DNA of 64,000 nt from Deinococcales bacterium (GTDB lineage: Bacteria; Deinococcota; Deinococci; Deinococcales; JAAFIG01): the NCBI GenBank assembly GCA_031414595.1, contig JANNVX010000032.1, positions 1-64,000 on the forward strand, in the 5' to 3' direction. The notes beneath the pieces are model-generated. The model was not told where the DNA came from. It made no database searches and saw nothing but the letters and a program-made list of their open reading frames with translations. Every line of letters starts with the position of its first letter. The stretch's first letter is position 1. Below are positions 57,378 to 64,000 of the stretch, piece after piece. A program made the position numbers and the translations under genes.

Positions 57378-58268
57378 GTGGCTGTCTTTATTGTTAATAA
57401 ACCCCTAGGCTGGACTTCATTTGATGTGGTCGCTAAAGCCAGAAAATTACTCAGTACAAAACGCATCGGGCATACAGGAACACTCGACCCACTGGCGACG
57501 GGTGTGCTGGTGCTATTAACCGATGAAAGCACCAAACTTGTGCCGTACTTAGAGATTGCCGACAAGGACTATTTGGCGTTTATCAGTTTAGGCGCAAGTA
57601 CCCCAACGCTCGATGCCGAAGGACCAATTCTCGAGACTATGCCTGTCGAAAACATATCCCCTTGGAGAGTAGAAGAAGTTCTTGAAAAATTTACAGGTAA
57701 ACAAATGCAGCTTCCTCCAAATTACAGTGCTATTCATATTAACGGACAACGGGCTTATGACCTTGCAAGGGCTGGAAAAGAAGTCAAACTCGAGCTTAGA
57801 GAAGTGAATATTAAGCGCTTGATACTGCTTGGTTCAATGGATTCAATGCAGGAAGCTCACCGTTATTCTGATTCACAATTTCCGACTCAACTAGGTGAAC
57901 TTCTAACCCTTACGCTCGAGATTAGCGTTTCGAGCGGTACATACATCCGCAGTTTAGCCCGTGACCTCGGTGTTGCCCTTGGTACAGCGGCGCATTTGGG
58001 CGGTTTGGTACGCACCCGAGTTGGCAAGTTTAACTTAAGCCAAGCCATTGCCCTCGAGCAACTAGAACCCAGCCTAGGACTACCCGACTTAAGCGCCCTT
58101 GAGTACCCTGTCATCGAACTTAGCGCCAAAGAAGCCCGAGACCTCAAAGACGGCAAACGCATCCCAAACCCAAACCTAGGGCGCTATACCGTCACTTTTG
58201 ACGATAAGCTGATTGCCATCGCCGAAGCCGACGGCTCGAGCCTAAAAGCCCTGCGCGTTTGGCAGTGA
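57378..58268 (+). CDS. truB: tRNA pseudouridine(55) synthase
   Basis: KPLGWTSFDVV, GHTGTLDPLATGVL, SSGTYIRSLA. Confidence 0.95.
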   Translation: MAVFIVNKPLGWTSFDVVAKARKLLSTKRIGHTGTLDPLATGVLVLLTDESTKLVPYLEIADKDYLAFISLGASTPTLDAEGPILETMPVENISPWRVEEVLEKFTGKQMQLPPNYSAIHINGQRAYDLARAGKEVKLELREVNIKRLILLGSMDSMQEAHRYSDSQFPTQLGELLTLTLEISVSSGTYIRSLARDLGVALGTAAHLGGLVRTRVGKFNLSQAIALEQLEPSLGLPDLSALEYPVIELSAKEARDLKDGKRIPNPNLGRYTVTFDDKLIAIAEADGSSLKALRVWQ

Positions 58269-58313
58269 GAAGGCGAAGGGCAAAGGGCAAAGGGCGAAAG
58301 TAAAAACCTTTGC

Positions 58314-59558
58314 CTATTTCGTATCATTGCGAGCAATTAACTCAGCGATGATATTGCGGTCAATCTCACCACTGAGATTGATTTGCAGCACCGCTTCAGA
58401 AACCTTTTGATCGGACATGGCTTCAATAAAAAGCGGCACAAGTTCGGGGTCAAAATGTGTGCCAATGTCTTTTTTGAGAATTTCAAAAGTGGCTTCCCAA
58501 GACTTGGGGGTGCTGTAGGGGCGGGCGGTGGTCATGGCATCAAAAGCATCGGAAATACCAACCATTCGGGCTAATAACGGAATATCCGTGCCAGATAAGC
58601 CATCAGGGTAGCCGCGTCCATCCCAGCGTTCATGGTGCGAACGGATTGAAGAGAGAATCCCTTCAAAACCCTTGGTGTTATTGCGAAGTAGCTTTTCGCC
58701 AATGACGGTGTGCTGCTCGAGAATGGTGCGTTCTTCTTGGGTCAGTTGTCCAGTTTTATGGAGATACACATCTCGAATACCAATTTTACCGATGTCATGG
58801 ACAAAACCAGCAAATAACGCCCGCTCGAGGTCAGCAGTATCCCAATTTAATTTCTCGGCGAGTTTACGGGTGTACAAGCCCACCCTGTCCGAATGACCAG
58901 CCGTGTACTCATCCCGAGCTTCAAGGGTATTGAGCATCATTTTGACCAAATTGACATAATTTTCGTGTTCTTGTTGGATACTTCGGGCTAAAGTAACAGC
59001 CACACCTGCTTGCGCCGCAAAGCCATTTAAGATGCTCGAGTCGGATTCAGTAAAGGCGCGTTGGGTGAATTGCGTATCGACATACAAGACCCCAATCACA
59101 TCATCCCGCGCTCGAAGCGGCACTGCCAAGACACTGCGAATATCCAGTGCCAGAATGCTTTCTGAGGCACTATGCCCCATGTCTTCTTGGACATTGGTGG
59201 TGATGATGCTCTGTTTGGTGGTCACAACCCGTTCCAAGAGCGTCCTCGAGACTTGCACCTCATCGTGTGAATCTTTAGAACAACTGTCCACCACTTGCAC
59301 CGAACCATGCTCGACTAAGGCAAGCGCTCCTCGGTCTGCCTGCATTAAACGCACTGCTTCGGTCAGCATGTCCTGAAAAAGCGTAATCACATCGAAACTA
59401 TCACGCACCCCAGATAATTTCATGCCTAAGCTCTGAAAAGCAGTCAGCGCACTGCGCTCCGCCTCGAGTTCACGCACAATGGTACGCACCCGCCCGCCAA
59501 CTTGTGGCGGAAGCAAAGACGAAATTTGAGAAAGTTGCTCGAGAGGACTGGCAGGCAC
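58314..59558 (-). CDS. GAF + HD-GYP cyclic dinucleotide phosphodiesterase
   Basis: SVLAVPL...GVLYVD GAF; HDIGK, HHERWDGRGYPDGL. Confidence 0.9.
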   Translation of the reverse strand: MPASPLEQLSQISSLLPPQVGGRVRTIVRELEAERSALTAFQSLGMKLSGVRDSFDVITLFQDMLTEAVRLMQADRGALALVEHGSVQVVDSCSKDSHDEVQVSRTLLERVVTTKQSIITTNVQEDMGHSASESILALDIRSVLAVPLRARDDVIGVLYVDTQFTQRAFTESDSSILNGFAAQAGVAVTLARSIQQEHENYVNLVKMMLNTLEARDEYTAGHSDRVGLYTRKLAEKLNWDTADLERALFAGFVHDIGKIGIRDVYLHKTGQLTQEERTILEQHTVIGEKLLRNNTKGFEGILSSIRSHHERWDGRGYPDGLSGTDIPLLARMVGISDAFDAMTTARPYSTPKSWEATFEILKKDIGTHFDPELVPLFIEAMSDQKVSEAVLQINLSGEIDRNIIAELIARNDTK

Positions 59559-59624
59559 AATCCTAGTTTACTCGAGAATTGGAATTAAATGGGCGAATTT
59601 GCACACAGTTGCTTGAACCACAAT

Positions 59625-59657
59625 AAAAAAGCCCGAGCGCTTAGGCTCGAGCTTTTT
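59625..59657 (-). terminator. Intrinsic terminator
   Basis: AAAAAAGCCCGAGC-gcttag-GCTCGAGCTTTTT. Confidence 0.65.
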
Positions 59658-59721
59658 AGATATTCACAAAATTTTTAATCAACTCGAGAAAAAATGGCTA
59701 CCTCGAGACTCCTAGCCCTTA

Positions 59722-61701
59722 CTATCCGCCAACATGAATCATCGGGCGGCGTTTGGCATCTGGTTCGCTACGGCGCAGGATTTCTCGGGTAATCGGGGCA
59801 GTGTCGCCTTCACCAAATAGCACATAACGCATCAGGTGACGCAACGGATTACCGTCCGACCAAGTGAAATAACAATGCGGTTGCAAATGCGTTTCGTCGC
59901 GGATGTACAGCAAAAACGCAGCTATCGCGTTTGGTACGGCTGGGGCTTTGACCCGCATGATGCGGTACTTGCCGCAATCGCCGCTCAGTTCTACGCCCCG
60001 AATCCGCAGCACATCTTCAAAGTCGGAAGCATCGGAAATTTCGACCTCGAGAAAGACCACAGGTTCGCGTTCTTCGATGTGGTGGTCTTCGCGTTGGCGC
60101 AGTTCTTTGTCGTAGTATTCGGCTTCTGCCCCTGTTTGTTTACGGTTAGCAATAATCCGCAATTCGCCGTGGGCAAGGTCATCAATAAATTTTTGGGCGG
60201 TGGCATCAAGTTCAATTTTGGTGGCACGTAACTCGAGACTGCGAAATGTCCTCGAGAGCAAGCTAACCAGCACAATCCCCGCGATAAAAATACCCGCGAT
60301 TCGTAAGCCGTCGGGTCGGTCAATGATGTTGGTAATCGTCGCAAAGAGCATGATTGCGGTAATAATTGCAAACATGATGGTTGAACCAACCTGCCCTTTT
60401 TTACGCGCCGATAAGGTCACCGCAATGGCAGCACTCGAGAACAACGCCAGCACACCTGTGGCATACGCGCCAGCTTGAGCGGTCACATCGGCATTAAAGG
60501 CGATGGTCACAATCGCACTGATGACCGTAAATAAAATAACCAGTGGTCGGTTGGCTCGCGCCCAGTCTGGTGCCATACCGTAGCGTGGTAAGTAACGCGG
60601 CACAAGGTTTAAGAGGGCTGCCACAGCACTAGCGCCAGCGAACCAAAGAATCAGAATTGTACTGATGTCATAAAGTGTGCCAAAGCCGTCGCCTAGAAAT
60701 TTATGGGCTAAGTAGGCAAGGGCGCGTCCGTATGCCTCTCCGCCTTTTTGAAATTCTTCGGCTGGAATAATTAAAGTCGTAATAATACTTGAAGCCATCA
60801 GATAAACACTCATGATTAACGCAGCAACAGTCAAGAGTTTTTTGGCATTGCGGATTCGCCCAAGTGGTTTTTTGGGGTTATCATTGGCGTTTCCTTTGAC
60901 CAATGGAATCACTGCTACACCTGTTTCAAATCCGGATAACCCAAGGGCTAATTGTGGAAACAGTAAAAATGATGCTGCAAACAATGCCACGGGATTATCC
61001 ACCCGTAAACTAATCAGGTTTTGCCAATCTGGAAGGTAATTGGGATGGGTAAAAATTTCATAAACTGATCGAAAAATAACCACCGCGTTTAAGCCCAAAA
61101 AGACAATCACCAAGACCACAGCAATGCCAATCGCTTCCGAAAAACCCTTTAAGAAGACTGCGCCGAGCAGAAAAATTAGCACCAGTGTGATAATCACGGC
61201 TTTACCTTCAACATACTGATGAACAAACGGGTTCTCGATGATGTGCGCCGCCGCATCCGAAGCCGACAAGGTAATCGTGATGATAAACCCAGTCATGGCA
61301 AATCCAAGCAACACCAAAACCGTTAATTTTCCTGCCCACCAAGCCAGCAACGACTCGAGCATAGACAAACTGCCCTGCCCATGCGGACTTTCAGCAGCCA
61401 CTCGGCGGTACATTGGCAATGCCCCAAAGAGTGTCACCAAGACCAAAATCAGGGTTGCAAACGGTGACAATGCACCAGCCGCCAACGCCGCCAACGCTGG
61501 TTGATAACCGAGTGAGGAGAAGTAATCCACACCCGTCAAACACATGACTTTCCACCAAGGCTGGGTATGGTGCTGTGCCGCCACCTCGGATTCGGATTCA
61601 AATGCCCCTTCGGGTTCTTTTGCACCCTCGAGCAACCACTCTTTTAAGCCGTGTGGATGTTCGCTGTGTGCCGCCGTAGAATCAATTTTTTGTTCGCTCA
61701 T
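59722..61701 (-). CDS. APC-superfamily transporter (amino acid permease/KimA-like)
   Basis: [32 protein letters not shown], many TM helices, soluble C-terminal domain. Confidence 0.82.
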   Translation of the reverse strand: MSEQKIDSTAAHSEHPHGLKEWLLEGAKEPEGAFESESEVAAQHHTQPWWKVMCLTGVDYFSSLGYQPALAALAAGALSPFATLILVLVTLFGALPMYRRVAAESPHGQGSLSMLESLLAWWAGKLTVLVLLGFAMTGFIITITLSASDAAAHIIENPFVHQYVEGKAVIITLVLIFLLGAVFLKGFSEAIGIAVVLVIVFLGLNAVVIFRSVYEIFTHPNYLPDWQNLISLRVDNPVALFAASFLLFPQLALGLSGFETGVAVIPLVKGNANDNPKKPLGRIRNAKKLLTVAALIMSVYLMASSIITTLIIPAEEFQKGGEAYGRALAYLAHKFLGDGFGTLYDISTILILWFAGASAVAALLNLVPRYLPRYGMAPDWARANRPLVILFTVISAIVTIAFNADVTAQAGAYATGVLALFSSAAIAVTLSARKKGQVGSTIMFAIITAIMLFATITNIIDRPDGLRIAGIFIAGIVLVSLLSRTFRSLELRATKIELDATAQKFIDDLAHGELRIIANRKQTGAEAEYYDKELRQREDHHIEEREPVVFLEVEISDASDFEDVLRIRGVELSGDCGKYRIMRVKAPAVPNAIAAFLLYIRDETHLQPHCYFTWSDGNPLRHLMRYVLFGEGDTAPITREILRRSEPDAKRRPMIHVGG

Positions 61702-61787
61702 TTTGCTCCCGTCGCCAAAAGGCAACAGGCTATTGTACGCCATAAAGCCTAGGAAAGTTCCAGATTGTTAGACTAAGCTGTTGTCCC

Positions 61788-62351
61788 TCATACAGTATCG
61801 GGATTGGTACGAACTCCAGTATCGGAATTGGTACGAACTCCAGTATCGGGATTGGGACGAACTCCAGTATCGGGATTAAACACCGATTCGGTTAAGCACT
61901 CAGCCATAAAAGTCTCGAGCAGAGTCAGCATGGCACGGGCGGGTTGTTCACCACCCAATTTTTCTAAGACTCGAGCCAAGGCAAGTCGGCGGTTCAAAAC
62001 CAGACGTTCGACCAATTCTCTGCCTTTGCTGGTTAATCGCACCCGAATGGTACGGGCATCTCCGTTGTCTCGGTGTCGTTCTGCCAGAAAACGCTCGGTC
62101 AGTCTATCCACAGCTTTGGTGGCGGCTGGGTAAGAAATATGTAAGCCAGTGGCAATTTGTCCAACTGGAAACCCAGCATCGTCTTTGTTTAATCCCGCCA
62201 AAAAACGCAGGGTACGCAATTGGGCGGTGCTGACTTCATCGCTTTCACCTAAAATCTGCTCGAGTAAACGGCGTTCAAAAACCTCTTCGATAATTTCGGG
62301 CAATTGGGCTAAAGCGCGTTCAAGTTCGGCAAGGGTGTCAATTTCGGGCAT
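61788..62351 (-). CDS. MarR family regulator with a C-terminal NPDTGVRx repeat tail
   Basis: IA..L.IS.PAAT..VDRL...R.....DAR...V.LT.KG. Confidence 0.88.
   Translation of the reverse strand: MPEIDTLAELERALAQLPEIIEEVFERRLLEQILGESDEVSTAQLRTLRFLAGLNKDDAGFPVGQIATGLHISYPAATKAVDRLTERFLAERHRDNGDARTIRVRLTSKGRELVERLVLNRRLALARVLEKLGGEQPARAMLTLLETFMAECLTESVFNPDTGVRPNPDTGVRTNSDTGVRTNPDTV
61793..61877. repeat. 24-bp in-frame tandem repeat (3.5 copies)
   Basis: CAGTATCGGGATTGGTACGAACTC at 61793, 61817 and 61841, partial at 61865. Confidence 0.92.
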
Positions 62352-62357
62352 AAGGAT

Positions 62358-63002
62358 TCATAAAGTCTCGAGCCAACGCGGTAAAAAATGCTCTGTCACC
62401 AGCGCAGCACGTTCAGCGGCTTTGGGTAGAAAATCGCTGTAAGTCAGCGCAGCTTCATCATTGGCACTGTCCGAAATGACCCGAATTAAAACCATTGGGA
62501 CATTAAAATCATCCGCCACTTGCAATGCCGCCGCGCCTTCCATTTCCACCGCATCTGCCATAAAAGTTTGTTGTAACCACAGGCTTTTTTGGCTGTTGGC
62601 AAGAAAAGCATCTCCCGTTACAACCCGCCCAAGCCTCGAGTGATACCCAAGTTCTCGAGCCGCCTCAAGTGCCAGGGCAGTACCTTGGGTATGCGTGGCA
62701 ATTGCGCCGCGTCCATCGTTGAGTGTGCCAAGCTGACCGCCGTTAATTGGGGTTAAATCTACATCCCATTGCAGCGCATCTTTAGCCACCAAAACACTGA
62801 GTTGGGCAAGGTCTGGTGATAATCCGCCAGCCACACCGACAAAAACAATTCCAGACGGGCGATACTCGAGAATCGCCTTGGTGGTGGCACTGGCAGCCGC
62901 CACTTTGCCAACGCCTGTACCAATAATTGGTATATCTGGGAGAACTCGCGTTAGGGCAGCCGTTTCTGAACCCATTGCCGCCAGAATAATAATTTTAGAC
63001 AT
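62358..63002 (-). CDS. mtnN: MTA/SAH nucleosidase
   Basis: AM..E, GVGKVAAA, GVAGG, TGD.F, EMEGAA, RVISDSA; AAGGAG RBS. Confidence 0.88.
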   Translation of the reverse strand: MSKIIILAAMGSETAALTRVLPDIPIIGTGVGKVAAASATTKAILEYRPSGIVFVGVAGGLSPDLAQLSVLVAKDALQWDVDLTPINGGQLGTLNDGRGAIATHTQGTALALEAARELGYHSRLGRVVTGDAFLANSQKSLWLQQTFMADAVEMEGAAALQVADDFNVPMVLIRVISDSANDEAALTYSDFLPKAAERAALVTEHFLPRWLETL

Positions 63003-63065
63003 GGTACTCCTTAAACAGTATTCACAAAATTCGTAGAATTTTGGCGAGCTATGCGAGTAGAAGAA

Positions 63066-63143
63066 AAGTACAGTGTTGATGGGTGTGAAGACTCTTTGGA
63101 GCGAAGCGGAAAATAGTCGGAACATTTAATTAACACTGTACTT
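63066..63143. repeat. Small inverted-repeat-bounded element
   Basis: AAGTACAGTGTT (63066) / AACACTGTACTT (63132). Confidence 0.55.
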
Positions 63144-63148
63144 GGTAT

Positions 63149-63838
63149 TTACTGCGGGGTAAAAGCTGGTGGGGTGGCTTTACCACCCGGCGGTAAGGCT
63201 GCCAGAATATCCCATTTGTTATCCGAACGCAGCCGCACATCATAGCCATTGCTGGCAAGTTCACCCTCGAGCAGATTCCACCCTGATTGCATCGGCAAAT
63301 TATAACGGTAATAGCCTTTTGCACCCGTGGCACTGTCTTGGGTTTCCACCAAACGGGCTTCGGAACTAACCAACAGCACTTTATAACGAAAAAATGCCCT
63401 TAAGTTTGGGTCTGTGTTTGGGGCAAATAAGGTCGCCTCGAGTTGTGGTTCACCACTGTCGAGCAAACTGTTTTTATTTTGGTCATCGTACATTAAAAAT
63501 TTTGTCTCCGCCCCTAAAATACTTTCAGGCAAACGACCATCCCCATGTACCAACTGTGCATCTTTTAATGAAACTGGTGGCACAGCAATTCCACTTGGTA
63601 ACTCGAGACGGTACTGACCATTGGTGACAGCGCTTTCTGCCACACTTGTGCCAGCCACAATTAAAGCCACCCGAAGATTATCCACCGCTTGCGGCGCAAT
63701 TGCCTTACCTTCAAGAACCCGAGCCTGTACCGAAAAACCCGAAGCGACTGGGTTGCCGACAGGTTTAGGGCGACTAAACAAAAAAGCCGCAACAAGGGCT
63801 AAAACAATCACAACGGCTGGAATAAAACGATTCATCAC
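63149..63838 (-). CDS. Membrane-anchored hypothetical protein
   Basis: N-terminal TM; YDDQNKNSLLDSGE loop; SGWN. Confidence 0.65.
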   Translation of the reverse strand: MMNRFIPAVVIVLALVAAFLFSRPKPVGNPVASGFSVQARVLEGKAIAPQAVDNLRVALIVAGTSVAESAVTNGQYRLELPSGIAVPPVSLKDAQLVHGDGRLPESILGAETKFLMYDDQNKNSLLDSGEPQLEATLFAPNTDPNLRAFFRYKVLLVSSEARLVETQDSATGAKGYYRYNLPMQSGWNLLEGELASNGYDVRLRSDNKWDILAALPPGGKATPPAFTPQ

Positions 63839-63871
63839 TTGATTATTGACAGATTAGAGATGAGATAGAAA

Positions 63872-63905
63872 AGCCAAGGTGTCACAGATTTGTGACACCT
63901 TGGCT
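63872..63905. terminator. Perfect hairpin downstream of the partial gene
   Basis: AGCCAAGGTGTCACA-gatt-TGTGACACCTTGGCT. Confidence 0.7.
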
Positions 63906-63910
63906 AAAAT

Positions 63911-64000
63911 TTAATAGCCTTGTGAGGCAAAAACCTCGAGTTGCACACCCTCAATTCGTTCGACCCGTTTGGTTTCGATTACTTTACCCAGTTCGATAGC
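63911..64000 (-). CDS. 3' end of an unidentified gene (partial)
   Basis: Open frame ...AIELGKVIETKRVERIEGVQLEVFASQGY* ending just before the hairpin. Confidence 0.5.
   Translation of the reverse strand, partial: AIELGKVIETKRVERIEGVQLEVFASQGY

Noticed and set aside
63003-63148. SAM/SAH riboswitch upstream of mtnN
   Set aside because: No recognisable riboswitch core motifs; the region is better explained by a small inverted-repeat element

Overview
Chromosomal window of a Deinococcota bacterium, probably Deinococcales (inferred from DUF3208-like and DUF4388-like genes, csaB and the lipoprotein types). Housekeeping genes (dusB, allB, aceB, pyrF, deoB, thrB, truB, mtnN, DAK2/Asp23) are mixed with accessory loci. 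Highlights: (1) A 12-gene, ~8.4 kb respiratory operon joins a cbb3-type oxidase core to a Rieske/cytochrome b complex with two different cytochrome b genes. One keeps a Qo-like motif but has lost both heme bH ligands. The other has all four His, lacks the Qo motif, is fused to a 2[4Fe-4S] ferredoxin and is followed by an MvhD-like [2Fe-2S] protein, suggesting an asymmetric heterodimeric bc complex wired to the cytoplasm. (2) Three tandem tRNA-like genes lie upstream of a slipin/SPFH gene; one is an intact Leu-type tRNA body with a GAA (Phe) anticodon. (3) The palindrome CTCGAG is extremely over-represented across the window (HIP1-like). (4) A PLP-lyase homolog lacking its catalytic Lys is fused to an HRDC domain. 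(5) An unannotated YxxPxL leader-like peptide is coupled to a surface lipoprotein. (6) A type I R-M operon has toxin-antitoxin genes inserted in it. There is also an IS630 end, MITE/REP elements and recurrent gene-end tandem duplications. All calls are from reading motifs by eye; no database searches were run.
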